Counted from the first letter of the stretch, positions 27,144 to 38,333 are shown. The stretch is 49,540 bases of DNA from Promethearchaeati archaeon (GCA_013166835.1 JABLTI010000010.1:1-49540); one strand, 5' to 3'. The notes: generated by a model from the letters alone, not told the origin. Translations and numbers: made by a program.

Positions 27144-28157
27144 ATGCGCTTTCTGGCTATTGCGGATACACACCTAGGATACGAGACTGGGAAAACATCA
27201 CAAGCAAGGAAATTCGTATATGAGCGAATGTTTGGGGTGTTTGAAGAGATAGTACAAATAGCAAAAAGAGAGAAGGTTGATTATATTCTACATGGGGGGG
27301 ATATTTTTAATCGAAGCAAACCAAGAAAGAAAGTAGTAGCAAAAGCATATAAAATCATAGAGCAAATACTTGCAGAAGATATTGGTTTTATTATTGCACC
27401 AGGGAATCATGAAAGATCCATTTTACCGGATACACTACTAAGATTTCATCCAAAAAGTCATTTCTTCTCCGACTTTGCAGTGATAGATTTAGGAGACTGT
27501 GCTCTAATTGGTTTTCCTTATTCAAACAACATTTCGAAGTTGATTGATGATAAACTAACTCAAGTTTTAAAAGAATTTGAAGGAAAACCTTGCTTAATCT
27601 TGTGTCACCAATTATTTGATGGGGCAGAATTTGGTCCACATAAATTTAGATTTAATATTAATCATGGAGCAATTGATCCTTTGTTGTTTCCTGAAAGTAT
27701 AAAATTAATCGTTTCCGGTCATATTCATCGAGCTCAATCATTAATGAATGGTTTTGTTGTTTATCCAGGATCAACTGGACGAACTAGTTTTATTGAAATA
27801 ATTGAACCTAAAGGGCATTTACTAATCGACTTAGATGAAAAGCATTTACATGTTGAATTTAAGGAAATAGCATCAATACCAATGAATGTTATCGAGAAGA
27901 ATCTTATGAACGAGGAATTTAATATCAATGACTTAAAAGAGAAAATAGAAAGCGGTATGATTAGAACACTTATACGTTTGACAGGTCGCGCACTAACAAC
28001 TGACGAAGTAGAATCTTTGCATAATATGTTTCCATATAAACAGTATCCATTACTAACGATAAATCCCCGTTTCCCAAATCAAGTGCTAAAACCACTTTAT
28101 GAAGAAAATTTACTGCCATTTAATTCTCCGGAATTCTCAAAGAGCTTTAAGAAATAA
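27144..28157 (+). CDS. Mre11/SbcD-like DNA repair exonuclease (metallophosphoesterase)
   Basis: ADTHLG, GGDIF, GNHE, CHQ and GHIH motifs; 'YPGS..RTSF.E'. Confidence 0.85.
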   Translation: MRFLAIADTHLGYETGKTSQARKFVYERMFGVFEEIVQIAKREKVDYILHGGDIFNRSKPRKKVVAKAYKIIEQILAEDIGFIIAPGNHERSILPDTLLRFHPKSHFFSDFAVIDLGDCALIGFPYSNNISKLIDDKLTQVLKEFEGKPCLILCHQLFDGAEFGPHKFRFNINHGAIDPLLFPESIKLIVSGHIHRAQSLMNGFVVYPGSTGRTSFIEIIEPKGHLLIDLDEKHLHVEFKEIASIPMNVIEKNLMNEEFNINDLKEKIESGMIRTLIRLTGRALTTDEVESLHNMFPYKQYPLLTINPRFPNQVLKPLYEENLLPFNSPEFSKSFKK

Positions 28158-28340
28158 GGTAATTTAATGGTCATTTTTGCCCATTTTTCTTTTAATAAAT
28201 GACCAATCTAAACAGTAATGCAGATTAATCCAGGTTCGACATGATGAGAATATAATTCAAATTTAAATAAGATTAATAAAAACAACCAAACATATTGGTT
28301 AGAATCAGAAAAAAAATTGAAAGATATTGATGTGAAAGGT

Positions 28341-29753
28341 ATGAGTAGTTTTAAGGAAACAATTGAACAACTCGAGCCTGAGAAAATCATTGATAAAGCT
28401 CTTAAACTCGGTGCTTCTTACGTTGATGTTCGTTATCATCTTAATAACAATGAGCAGATACGAGTTGAAAACAAAACTCTCGAAGATTACAAATCACAAA
28501 GCTTTGGTGGTTTGGGTTTACGTGTAGTGCATAATGGGGCAGTTGGTTTTGCTTCAACAAGTGATTTGTCTAAAAATAGTATAGATAAAACTCTTCAAGA
28601 AGTGCTAAAATTAGCTAAATCATTTAAGAGCAATAAAGGTAATTTTGCAGATACAAAAACCGTGAAGCTTGATAAAAAAGTTTCAATGAAAATTGATCCA
28701 ATAGACATCTCTCCTGAGGAGAAAGTCAAATTACTTATTGAAACTAATAAGGCAGCGTTAATTAGTGATGAAATAAAGAATGTTATAACCATAATGGGTT
28801 CATCATTAGATTATAGATACTTCTTGTCATCCCATGGAACACAGACAACTGTTGAAGTGCCTTTAATTGGTATTGTTGAAATTTCTGTTGCAGCATCTAA
28901 TGGTAAAATGGAATCGATGATTCATGGACATGGTGCTTGCAGTGGTTTTGAATTTGCAAAGAAAAGAGACTGGAATGATTTCTCAGTAGATTTATCTGAA
29001 CTAGCTTTGCGTTCTGTGCAAGCAAAAGCTCCTCCTCCAGGAACTTATCCTGTTGTGGTTGATCAAAGACTCGTAGGAATTTTGGTTCATGAAGCTTTTG
29101 GACATGCTGCAGAAGCGGATTTAGTATTTACTGGAACTTCTACTCTTAAGGATCGTTTAGGAGAACAATTAGCAAGTGAACAAGTTACAGTCATCGATGA
29201 AGGAGTAGTTGACGGTGGCTTTTATATGCCTACTGATGACGAAGGTACTCCAAAAGGAAAGACTGTTATTTTAGATAAGGGTGTGCTAAAAGGCTACATG
29301 CATGATAGAAACTCAGCCCATGTATTGTCAGTAACTCCAACTGGCAATTCAAGAGCACAAGATTTTGAAAACCAACCACAAGTTCGTATGACTAATACCT
29401 ACATAGATGATGGAAAATATGAATTCGATGAATTACTCGAAGGAATAAAAGAAGGCATCTATATCAAAAATAAAGGATCAGGTGGAGGTCAAGTCGAAGT
29501 TGGAGCTGGTACATTTACTTTTAACGGAGGAGAAAGCATCATGATACGAAATGGTGAATTAGCAGAACCTGTTAGAGGCGTTGTTATCAGTGGAGCCATT
29601 CTTGATACTTTAAAGACAGTTGATGCCGTTGGTAATGATCTATCAATTTCAACTAGCTTTTTTGGCGGTTGTGGTAAGGGAGGACAAACTGCGAAATGTG
29701 GTTTCGGTGGTCCTCACATCAGAGTACAAAAAATGACAGTTGGAGGAAGATGA
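28341..29753 (+). CDS. tldD: TldD metalloprotease subunit
   Basis: HEAFGHAAEAD, 'DDEGTP', 'TGNSRA', 'RMTNTY', 'GCGKGGQ'; ATG 28341 preferred to TTG 28317. Confidence 0.92.
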   Translation: MSSFKETIEQLEPEKIIDKALKLGASYVDVRYHLNNNEQIRVENKTLEDYKSQSFGGLGLRVVHNGAVGFASTSDLSKNSIDKTLQEVLKLAKSFKSNKGNFADTKTVKLDKKVSMKIDPIDISPEEKVKLLIETNKAALISDEIKNVITIMGSSLDYRYFLSSHGTQTTVEVPLIGIVEISVAASNGKMESMIHGHGACSGFEFAKKRDWNDFSVDLSELALRSVQAKAPPPGTYPVVVDQRLVGILVHEAFGHAAEADLVFTGTSTLKDRLGEQLASEQVTVIDEGVVDGGFYMPTDDEGTPKGKTVILDKGVLKGYMHDRNSAHVLSVTPTGNSRAQDFENQPQVRMTNTYIDDGKYEFDELLEGIKEGIYIKNKGSGGGQVEVGAGTFTFNGGESIMIRNGELAEPVRGVVISGAILDTLKTVDAVGNDLSISTSFFGGCGKGGQTAKCGFGGPHIRVQKMTVGGR

Positions 29754-29756
29754 AAA

Positions 29757-31085
29757 ATGGATTTTGGTGAACTAGCAGTTAAGAAAGCATTAAAAATTGG
29801 TGCTGATGAAGCAGAAGTCTATATTCTTAAAAAGAATATTACAAAAGTCGATTTTTCTTCTGAAATTGAAATGTTCAAGAATACTGATACTCTAGGTATC
29901 GGTGTGAGAGTTGCTGTTGGAAAGAAACTAGGTCTTCATGCAACATCTATTCTTACAGAAGATGAAGTTCTTGGGGCAGTCCAAAAAGCTGTTAATATTG
30001 CAAAAGCTACCCCCGAAGATCCAAATTGGAATGGCTTTAATAAAAAATTTGGAGAAACATCTGTTACAAAGAATTATGATAAAACTCTCGAGAGTTTAGA
30101 ATATGAGGCTATCATAGATAAAATAATTGGTGGCATCAATAGGGCAACTGAAAAAGATAGAAAAGTAAAGGTTACTCGAGGAACTTTGTACTTGAATCGT
30201 GGGGAAATATCAATTACTAATAACTACAATGATTCTCTCACTTACAAAGGAACAGCAATTTCTTCATACATGATGACAAAAGCTATAGAAGGTGGCGAAA
30301 GCACTGGAGCTGAAGGTCAAGATGTACGTTTCTGGAAAGACTTAGATTATAATAAAATCGCAGACTATGCAGCAGAACAAGCTCTAAAACACCTAAAAGC
30401 AAAAACAATTGAAAGTACCAAATTGCCAGTAATTATGAAAAACAAATTCGCTTGTTTCATGTTTGGAATGATGATTGGAAGCAATGTAAATGCCGAGAAC
30501 ATTCAGAAAGGTCGTTCAACCTTTGCTCCGAAATTAAACACACAAATTGCAGATGAAAGAATAACAATAACTGACGACGGAACCATGCCTGGAGGATACA
30601 GAACACGACCATTTGATAGTGAAGGTCATCCTACCCAGAAAACAAGTTTAATTGAGAAAGGAGTTCTCAAGAATTTTCTATTTGATAATTATAGAGCAAT
30701 GAAAGCAGATACAAAATCAACAGGTAATGCTCGTAGAGATTACTTCCAGATCCCCGCTCCTTCTTTGAATAACTTCATAATAAAACCAGGAACAACAAAT
30801 TTAGAAGATATGATTAAAGATACAAAGAAAGGCTTCTTCATTGACAGAACTATTGGCGAATGGCTTTCCAGACCAACAAGTGGTGAAATGAATGCTACTG
30901 TAACACATGGATTTCTAATCGAAAATGGCGAACTTACTCAACCAGTAAACAATGTAATTGTTGCTGGTAACTTCTTCGAAATTCTCAAAGATAAAATTGA
31001 TACTATTGGTAGCGATGTTGCAAACAATGATCACACGTATAGTCCGGCAATAAAAATTTCAGAAATGACTATTGCTGGAAAATAG
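29757..31085 (+). CDS. pmbA: TldE/PmbA subunit
   Basis: 'GADEAEVY', 'PFDSEG', 'STGNA', no HExxH; 3 nt after tldD. Confidence 0.9.
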   Translation: MDFGELAVKKALKIGADEAEVYILKKNITKVDFSSEIEMFKNTDTLGIGVRVAVGKKLGLHATSILTEDEVLGAVQKAVNIAKATPEDPNWNGFNKKFGETSVTKNYDKTLESLEYEAIIDKIIGGINRATEKDRKVKVTRGTLYLNRGEISITNNYNDSLTYKGTAISSYMMTKAIEGGESTGAEGQDVRFWKDLDYNKIADYAAEQALKHLKAKTIESTKLPVIMKNKFACFMFGMMIGSNVNAENIQKGRSTFAPKLNTQIADERITITDDGTMPGGYRTRPFDSEGHPTQKTSLIEKGVLKNFLFDNYRAMKADTKSTGNARRDYFQIPAPSLNNFIIKPGTTNLEDMIKDTKKGFFIDRTIGEWLSRPTSGEMNATVTHGFLIENGELTQPVNNVIVAGNFFEILKDKIDTIGSDVANNDHTYSPAIKISEMTIAGK

Positions 31086-31096
31086 TTAATCATCTT

Positions 31097-31128
31097 AGTC
31101 CCATTTGGGACTTTTTCCTTTATTTTTT
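31097..31128 (+). terminator. Hairpin plus T-tract after tldE
   Basis: AGTCCC-ATTT-GGGACT followed by TTTTCCTTTATTTTTT. Confidence 0.6.
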
Positions 31129-31184
31129 CAATAAATACTAGTCTTACAAAAAAATAAAAACCATGTTGTATTATCTGGTTCTAG

Positions 31185-33353
31185 GTGTATAGAATGTCAA
31201 CAAAACATAAACCATCTACTACTGAACTCATTACATTAGGTTTTACTACTAATGCTAAGATTTCTCCAACCGGTGATAAGGTTGCTTTTATTTCAATGAA
31301 ACCTGATTGGAATAAGAATCAGTATGAAAGATTATGTTTCATTAATGATAAAAATGAGGACAAAACTTACCAATTAACAAGATCTGGTTCTGTAAGTCAA
31401 ATCGAATGGATCAATAATGATTCGATAGCAATTTTAAAGCATGAAGCAAATGAGAAAGAAAGCGGGAATCAAATTTATATTTTTGATAATTTAATTGGCG
31501 AACCATGGAAAGTTACCAATCACAAAAATGGCATAAAAAATTTCAAACTATTCGCTCAAGGATTACTTTACTTAGCAAAAAACCCAGATAAACATGAGAA
31601 AAAAGATCGCAAGAATAAATTCGGATCCTATGTTTATTTTGAACATGAGAAAAGCGCAAGTGCATTGTATTTTGTTGACTTAGAAAAAATGTTTGTATAT
31701 CAGAAGGAAAAGAAAAACAAAACAGAGGATGAAACGAAAGATCTAGTAAAACCAATTATTGAATTAAGCAAATTATTAGAAGAACCACTTTCAATATTGA
31801 ATTACATCCCTTCAAAACAAAATGATGCTATTTTTTTGAATTGTAGACTTCGTGATGATTTGGTCTATATTTCCGAGACAAGTAATTATTGTATAAAGAT
31901 TGATCCAAAAAAAGCAATTGATATATATCTTTCCAAAAAGAAGGAAAAGAAAGACAAGAACAAAAAAGACAAAGAGGAAGATAAGAAAGAAGAGGAAGAT
32001 TTGTCTTATCTTGGTGAGATCCAGAAGTATGCGTTTCCAAAAGAAACATATGTGATAGATAGTTCACCAAAAGGAACTAAATTACTTATTAGTATGAATG
32101 AAAGAGATAATATGTTCTATACCCAAGGAGATTACTGGATTCTTGATTTAGCAAAATGGGAGGATTTAGTAGAATCCGAGGAAATTGCTGATAAATTTGT
32201 AAAAATTACGAGTGAGCTAGATCGCATTCCATTTGGTGGTAAATGGGTGAGTGATGGCATCGTATTTTCTTACGCAGATGGTACAAAATCAAAAATCGCA
32301 AAGACTACAGAGACAGGAAAAATCACTGTATTGGATTTAGAGGGATATATCCACAAAATGTATAGCGGATTCGATATCTCTCAAAGTGGTTATTTGTGTT
32401 TTTTAGGGAACACAGCTAAGAAAATAACTGAATTATTTGTTACAGGAAAATCAATTAAGTCAAGTAATTTAGAGCTCAAGCAAATAACAAATCACAATGA
32501 TGAAGTAAAAACATGGGATTTTGGAACAATAGAGACAATCAGATGGAAAAGCAAAGATGGAACAGAAATTGAGGGTGTTCTTAGAAAACCATCGAATTTT
32601 GACCCTAAAAAGAAATATCCACTTGCTTTTATTATTCATGGAGGACCACAATCATTTGATCCTGAGAGTCTTTTAGAGTATAGTGAAGTTCTTTACTATC
32701 CATCCGTACAATTTGCTAATAAGGGGATTCTTACCCTGAAAGTAAATTATAGGGGTTCAATTGGAAAAGGACAAGCTTTTCTTGAATTGAATAAGGATAA
32801 TCTTGGTGTCGGAGATCTTTGGGATCTTGAAAGCGCTATTGATTATTTAGATAAAAAGGGCATAATTGATACAAGTAAAATTGGATGCATGGGTTGGAGC
32901 CAAGGAGGTTATATCTCAGCCTTTATTGGCCTTCATTCAAAACGTTTTACAGCAGTTTCTGTCGGTGCTGGTATTGCTGATTGGTATACTTATCACATTT
33001 GCAACGACATTCCTCAATTCACTACTCACTATTTGTCTGGTTCTCCTTTCCGTGATAGAGAGCTTTATGAGAAAACAGCACCAATTAGTAAAATCAAAGA
33101 AGCCCAAACACCAATGCTAATTCAACATGGTGAAGTCGATCTTAGGGTTCCTGTTGCTAATGCAAAAGAGCTTTATCGAGGATTAAAGGAAATGAATGTT
33201 CATGTTGAATTATTTATTTATTCTGGAATGGGTCATCCAATAACTAAACCTCGAGAGAATCGAGCCATTGTACATCAGAATTTGAATTGGTTTAGTCACT
33301 ATCTTATAGGTGAAGAGTTAGATTTATTGGATGAGAAAGAAGAAGAAAATTAA
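31185..33353 (+). CDS. S9 family (acylaminoacyl/prolyl oligo-) peptidase
   Basis: Propeller N-terminus; 'IHGGP', 'NYRGS', GWSQGG nucleophile, 'HGEVDLRVP', 'GMGH'. Confidence 0.93.
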   Translation: MYRMSTKHKPSTTELITLGFTTNAKISPTGDKVAFISMKPDWNKNQYERLCFINDKNEDKTYQLTRSGSVSQIEWINNDSIAILKHEANEKESGNQIYIFDNLIGEPWKVTNHKNGIKNFKLFAQGLLYLAKNPDKHEKKDRKNKFGSYVYFEHEKSASALYFVDLEKMFVYQKEKKNKTEDETKDLVKPIIELSKLLEEPLSILNYIPSKQNDAIFLNCRLRDDLVYISETSNYCIKIDPKKAIDIYLSKKKEKKDKNKKDKEEDKKEEEDLSYLGEIQKYAFPKETYVIDSSPKGTKLLISMNERDNMFYTQGDYWILDLAKWEDLVESEEIADKFVKITSELDRIPFGGKWVSDGIVFSYADGTKSKIAKTTETGKITVLDLEGYIHKMYSGFDISQSGYLCFLGNTAKKITELFVTGKSIKSSNLELKQITNHNDEVKTWDFGTIETIRWKSKDGTEIEGVLRKPSNFDPKKKYPLAFIIHGGPQSFDPESLLEYSEVLYYPSVQFANKGILTLKVNYRGSIGKGQAFLELNKDNLGVGDLWDLESAIDYLDKKGIIDTSKIGCMGWSQGGYISAFIGLHSKRFTAVSVGAGIADWYTYHICNDIPQFTTHYLSGSPFRDRELYEKTAPISKIKEAQTPMLIQHGEVDLRVPVANAKELYRGLKEMNVHVELFIYSGMGHPITKPRENRAIVHQNLNWFSHYLIGEELDLLDEKEEEN

Positions 33354-33370
33354 TTTCTTCTTTTCATTTC

Positions 33371-34279
33371 TTAAAAGCTAAATAACCACTTCAGACCATC
33401 ATTAAAACTTGGTTCAACAACACTTCTATGATGTTTGTTTTCATATAATTGAAAATCAAAATGCATGTCGGTATAATTTCTCTCTAATAATCGTGATTTT
33501 AATCGTTCATAACTTTCTACCAAGATAGTTAATTCATCTCCACCAACACTAATTCGTATATTAATTGCCAGGGAACCATTGGTTTTCTCAAAGAGAGCAT
33601 ATTCTTGATTCAAAAGATATTCATTATGGTAAAAGGTTGTGGGACTGACAATTAAGAAATTTTTAAACAATGAGATATTATTTAGTTCAGATTCAAAGAG
33701 TGAGAAAAGTGAGAAATATGATCCATACGAGTGACCAATGATTGTTCGACCATATGTAATATTAGTTTTAAAATCAACAGCTACTTTTGGTATCAATTCA
33801 TCCTTAATGAAAGAATAAAATTTCAATCCTCCTCCTGAATTCATCACAAACCAAGGATCTGCAGGATAAAGATAATCTCTTTCTCGATAATTCTTGGTAG
33901 GATAACCAATCGCAACTAAAATTGCTTCAGGCATATCTCCAGCGTCAGCATATCTAGAAATAATACCTTTTACTCCACCATCACTTATTCTCCAATGTGA
34001 TCCATCAAAATACCAATCTCCATCTAGCAAATAAATAACTGGATATCTTTTCGAGTCGCTCGGATTGTAATTACTTGGTAGTGCGACATAAATTTGGTAG
34101 TTATCATCGACATTATGAGAATAAAACAAACCGGGAATATTTTGTTCTTTGTTTGGATTGCTTCTGAGAACAACTTGCATAAAAGTAAATGAGCTTGTAA
34201 GTATGAAAACAGCGCCAACAAGTACTACAGCTAGTTTCAAACCGTTAATTATTCTGGTTGAACCTTTCATCATTCTCAA
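33371..34279 (-). CDS. Alpha/beta hydrolase, IroE/BesA-like esterase with N-terminal anchor
   Basis: 'YPVIYLLDG', 'RERDY', 'FIKDELIP', GHSYG. Confidence 0.88.
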   Translation of the reverse strand: MRMMKGSTRIINGLKLAVVLVGAVFILTSSFTFMQVVLRSNPNKEQNIPGLFYSHNVDDNYQIYVALPSNYNPSDSKRYPVIYLLDGDWYFDGSHWRISDGGVKGIISRYADAGDMPEAILVAIGYPTKNYRERDYLYPADPWFVMNSGGGLKFYSFIKDELIPKVAVDFKTNITYGRTIIGHSYGSYFSLFSLFESELNNISLFKNFLIVSPTTFYHNEYLLNQEYALFEKTNGSLAINIRISVGGDELTILVESYERLKSRLLERNYTDMHFDFQLYENKHHRSVVEPSFNDGLKWLFSF

Positions 34280-34418
34280 CTATAATTATAACATATGTCT
34301 AGTAAATATGTGTTTATCCCATAATTACAGATTTAATTGAAGATGTGGTTTAATAGTCAAAAAAAATCAGACTAAAACTTTTTGAAGACTATTTCATAAA
34401 TATAGAAGGCGATAGTCA

Positions 34419-35489
34419 ATGGAAATTAAAGTTTCTTTATTACCAGAAGAAAAAAGAGGTTCTGTGCCGGAGGATGAAAGCCAATTAGGTTTTGGTAAGA
34501 TTTTTACAGATCATATGTATACGACTTTCTTTAAGGATGGCAATTGGCGAGAATCTTGTATCGAACCATTTGGACCTTTTGTGTTATCACCAGCAGCACT
34601 TGTGTTGCATTATGGTCAAGAGATTTTTGAAGGCATGAAAGCATTCCGTCAAACAACTAAAAAAGATGTTTCTCTTTTTCGTCCAGAGAAAAATGCTGAA
34701 CGAATGAAAGATTCAGCAAAACGCATCTCTATGGCGCCCTTACCTGAAGATCAATTTCTTGATGCACTTCACAAATTAATAAACATTGAAAGAAAATGGG
34801 TGCCACACAATCCCGGAACTTCATTATACATTAGACCTACTATGATTGCTACTGAATCACTTTTAGGACATCGTAAATCAAATGAATACCTTTTTTATAT
34901 TATTTTAAGTCCAGTAGGACCATATTTCAAAGAAGGATTCAAGCCAATAAAGATCTATGTAGAACCTAAATTTGTTCGAGCAGTAAAGGGAGGTGTAGGT
35001 GAAGCAAAGACAGGAGGAAATTATGCTGCTACTCTTCTTGCTATGGATAAGGCATATGAGGTTGGCTGCAGTCAGGTGATGTGGTTGGATGCCTCAGAAC
35101 ACAAATATATCGAAGAAGTTGGAACAATGAACCAATTTTTTGTTCTTGATGATGTTGTTTATACTGCCCCAATTGCAGGTACAATCCTAAAAGGAGTAAC
35201 ACGAGAGAGTGTTATTACTTTAGCGAAAGATAAGGGATACAAAGTAAAAGAGGAATTCCTCTCAATAGATACTGTGACTGAAGCTATTGATAGCGGGAAT
35301 CTAACTGAAGCTTTTGGAGCTGGTACTGCAGCATCAATTGCACCTGTAGGAGAACTCCATTACAAGGATAAGAAGTATTTAATAAATAACTACGAGGTTG
35401 GACCAGTTTCTAAAGATCTTTATGAAACATTAATAGGCATTCAGTATGGGCGAATTGAAGACCCTTACGGATGGAACGTGGTAATATAA
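34419..35489 (+). CDS. ilvE: Branched-chain amino acid aminotransferase (bacterial-type)
   Basis: 'GFGKIFTDHM', 'LHYGQEIFEGMKA', 'LYIRP', 'AKTGGNYA', 'EEVGTMN', 'ILKGVTR', 'GAGTAA'. Confidence 0.95.
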   Translation: MEIKVSLLPEEKRGSVPEDESQLGFGKIFTDHMYTTFFKDGNWRESCIEPFGPFVLSPAALVLHYGQEIFEGMKAFRQTTKKDVSLFRPEKNAERMKDSAKRISMAPLPEDQFLDALHKLINIERKWVPHNPGTSLYIRPTMIATESLLGHRKSNEYLFYIILSPVGPYFKEGFKPIKIYVEPKFVRAVKGGVGEAKTGGNYAATLLAMDKAYEVGCSQVMWLDASEHKYIEEVGTMNQFFVLDDVVYTAPIAGTILKGVTRESVITLAKDKGYKVKEEFLSIDTVTEAIDSGNLTEAFGAGTAASIAPVGELHYKDKKYLINNYEVGPVSKDLYETLIGIQYGRIEDPYGWNVVI

Positions 35490-35585
35490 TAGGTATAAAT
35501 AATCAGATTACTAAGAAACTAAATAGAATGGGATTTGTTAAATTCTATATTCCTTTTCAGTTTATATGAAAAGGTGGGTAGGAAA

Positions 35586-38333
35586 ATGGAAGTTGGTGCT
35601 TCATTTAATCGAATTCACAAAATAAGAAAACAGAGTATAGTATATCTTATTCTTCTAGTAATAGTAATCCCAGTATTTACTCACAAACAGGAATTTACTA
35701 CAGATTCAATTCCTAATACTAAAGATGAAAGACTTTATGAAACAGCTCAGTCTAGCGTTTTGGCTAATTTTTCAATCATCAACAACGATTTCAATATTTT
35801 TTATAAGGACATAATCATTAAAGACGATTTAGCGATTATTAATAATAAATTCTCAATCATAATCTACAATATTACTAAACCTGAAGAACCAAAAAAATTG
35901 AGTGAATCAATCAAATGTATTAGTGAAATTTTGAAGATGGAAGTTGATGGGGATACTTTATTTATTGGATTTAATTTTGATCTATCTACTAGTTATATGA
36001 CGAAAATACAAGTGTATAATATTTCTGATCCTACTATAATAGAACCAACAGGTTGCTTTCTTTACTATAATTTTCAGGATTTTGTAATAGAAGATGGTTT
36101 TGGTTATATTGCAACAATTAGGAATAGAATGTTAATCATTAATGTTCAAGATCCAACAAATATGCATATTGTTGGGGAACTTGGTGGTTTCTCAAGTATT
36201 TCCTATAATATAGATGTCGAGGGTAATTGTTCAATCCTGTATGCAAATGAATACTTTGATCCGGTTTTGTTCGTCGATGTTTCTGATAAGGAAAATCCTA
36301 TACTTGCTTATATCGGACTAAATTATTATGAAATTGTAGATGCGAAAATCTATGATGATACATTGTTTCTACTGTCATCTAGTAGTTTTATTTCAGTAAA
36401 TATATCAGACATTTATTCACCACAATATTTAGTATCATATAGTATTATGTACACAAGCACATTTTACAATAATGAGGGATACGTTTACATAGAAGATAAT
36501 TTTCGAATTTTAATACTCGACGTACGTGATCCAAGTGACTTTGATTTTATTGCATATTATAATTTTAATGATCTGAATGCACCATATGTGAGCTCTATGG
36601 ATTTTTTTGAAAACTACACACTTTTTACCTGTGGTACTGGAGGAATTTCAGTTTATAATACTACGGGATTCACAAGTTTCTCTAAGATTTATCAATCAGG
36701 TTTAGATGGGGGAAAAGAAATAGAGTATGAAAATGGTCTATGCTACATTCTAGAAAATAATAGACTAGATGTGATTAATGCTAGTAATCTTTCCAATCTT
36801 ACAGTAATTAGTTCTTATGAAGTAGATTATACAACAGATATGCAAATTGATAATAATCGAGCATATATTCTTACAGTTGATCGTATTGAGATTCTTAATA
36901 TTTCTAATCCCATGAATATAACCAAATTAGGAGAAATAAATGTAGATAATCCTATGGCCTTTAGTGTTCACAATGATTTTGTAGCTGTTGTTGGTAATTC
37001 TCTTTATCTTTTTGATGTTACACTCCCTCATGCAGCTTCTTTACTAGATTCAATATTTGTTACCACGGCATATATTAATGCATTAGAAATGACAAATGAA
37101 ACAATAATGATGACAGATTTTGGAGATGTTATAATTCTTTTTGACTATAGTAATCCATTCAACATTCAACTTATAAATACAGTTCATACCTTTAGTTACT
37201 ATAGTATTGAGAGATTCTTCTTATATGAGAATTATTTATTCGGAGTTTCTTCCTACGAAGAAGTGATAGTAGTATTGAATATCACAGATATACCAACAGC
37301 ATCATATTTTCTTATTGAGGATTTCAATTATGATATCAATGATATCTTTGTTGAAAATGATTTGATGTATGTTGCGTCTAGTTTTTCTGCTGCAACGGTT
37401 TACAATATAAGCAATTTACATAATATTGTCCTCTTTAGTGAAATCGATTTGTTATCGCAACCAATCCTAGAAACTGGATATAGATTAGATGTAGAAAACA
37501 ATACAATTTTCCTATTAAACGAAGAAGGAGCTTTACAGATTGTAGGATTGGATTCTGATGATGATTATTTGGCAAATTATCTAGAAGAGAAAACATACTT
37601 TACAACAACGGGTTCACAGGATAGTGACAGTGATTTTATATTTGATGGTTATGAAATCCATCATGGTTTGAATCCACTTAATGCAGGTGATGCCAGTGAA
37701 GATTTCGATAATGATAATTTAACAAATCTCGAAGAATTCCAATATTTCTCTAATCCTAAACTAAGTGACAGCGATTTTGATTGCGTTTTAGATGAAAAAG
37801 AAATCACTATCTACAATACAAACATTACATCTCCTGATACGGATTTTGATTTATTAATTGATGGTTTTGAAATATATGTGTCATTAACAGACCCATTGGG
37901 AAACGATTCGGATGCAGATCTCCTTTTAGATGGAGAAGAAGTGTTAATCTATTCCACTGATCCTCAAAAAAACGATACAGATTCTGATAGTATGGATGAT
38001 TATTTCGAAATTTATTATAGTTTAAATCCACTTGATCCTTCTGATAGATATTTAGATCTTGATATGGATGGTTTGCTTAATTTTGAAGAATATCAATATA
38101 ATACAAGACCTGACTGCGCGGATTCTGATTTTGATTTTTACTCTGATCTTGAGGAAATTGAAAATGGAACAGATCCATTAGATCCTTCTGATTTTCCGGA
38201 TTATCCGAAAATATTTACAACATCATTTGCAGGATATGAAGAATTATCAGTTTTTATTTCAACAATTTTTGTGTTAGGTTTTATTACGATAATTATTCGT
38301 TTAAGAAGAAATAGAGGTGCAAGAATTGATTAA
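35586..38333 (+). CDS. Cell-surface protein: LVIVD repeats, Ca-binding DxDxDx (TSP3-like) repeats, C-terminal TM
   Basis: Repeats such as 'IINVQDP', 'VDVSDKENP', 'ILNISNP'; about eight 'DSDxDxLxDxxE..P' units; TM then RLRRNR. ORF is open from 35535; ATG 35586 chosen. Confidence 0.8.
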   Translation: MEVGASFNRIHKIRKQSIVYLILLVIVIPVFTHKQEFTTDSIPNTKDERLYETAQSSVLANFSIINNDFNIFYKDIIIKDDLAIINNKFSIIIYNITKPEEPKKLSESIKCISEILKMEVDGDTLFIGFNFDLSTSYMTKIQVYNISDPTIIEPTGCFLYYNFQDFVIEDGFGYIATIRNRMLIINVQDPTNMHIVGELGGFSSISYNIDVEGNCSILYANEYFDPVLFVDVSDKENPILAYIGLNYYEIVDAKIYDDTLFLLSSSSFISVNISDIYSPQYLVSYSIMYTSTFYNNEGYVYIEDNFRILILDVRDPSDFDFIAYYNFNDLNAPYVSSMDFFENYTLFTCGTGGISVYNTTGFTSFSKIYQSGLDGGKEIEYENGLCYILENNRLDVINASNLSNLTVISSYEVDYTTDMQIDNNRAYILTVDRIEILNISNPMNITKLGEINVDNPMAFSVHNDFVAVVGNSLYLFDVTLPHAASLLDSIFVTTAYINALEMTNETIMMTDFGDVIILFDYSNPFNIQLINTVHTFSYYSIERFFLYENYLFGVSSYEEVIVVLNITDIPTASYFLIEDFNYDINDIFVENDLMYVASSFSAATVYNISNLHNIVLFSEIDLLSQPILETGYRLDVENNTIFLLNEEGALQIVGLDSDDDYLANYLEEKTYFTTTGSQDSDSDFIFDGYEIHHGLNPLNAGDASEDFDNDNLTNLEEFQYFSNPKLSDSDFDCVLDEKEITIYNTNITSPDTDFDLLIDGFEIYVSLTDPLGNDSDADLLLDGEEVLIYSTDPQKNDTDSDSMDDYFEIYYSLNPLDPSDRYLDLDMDGLLNFEEYQYNTRPDCADSDFDFYSDLEEIENGTDPLDPSDFPDYPKIFTTSFAGYEELSVFISTIFVLGFITIIIRLRRNRGARID

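Noticed and set aside
31930-32000. Purine-rich low-complexity stretch
   Set aside because: It encodes a K/E/D-rich loop inside the S9 peptidase and is not a separate element.
37550-38200. Periodic GAT/TCT-rich DNA as a CRISPR or tandem repeat array
   Set aside because: It is explained by degenerate Asp-rich protein repeats; there are no identical nucleotide repeats with spacers and no cas genes.
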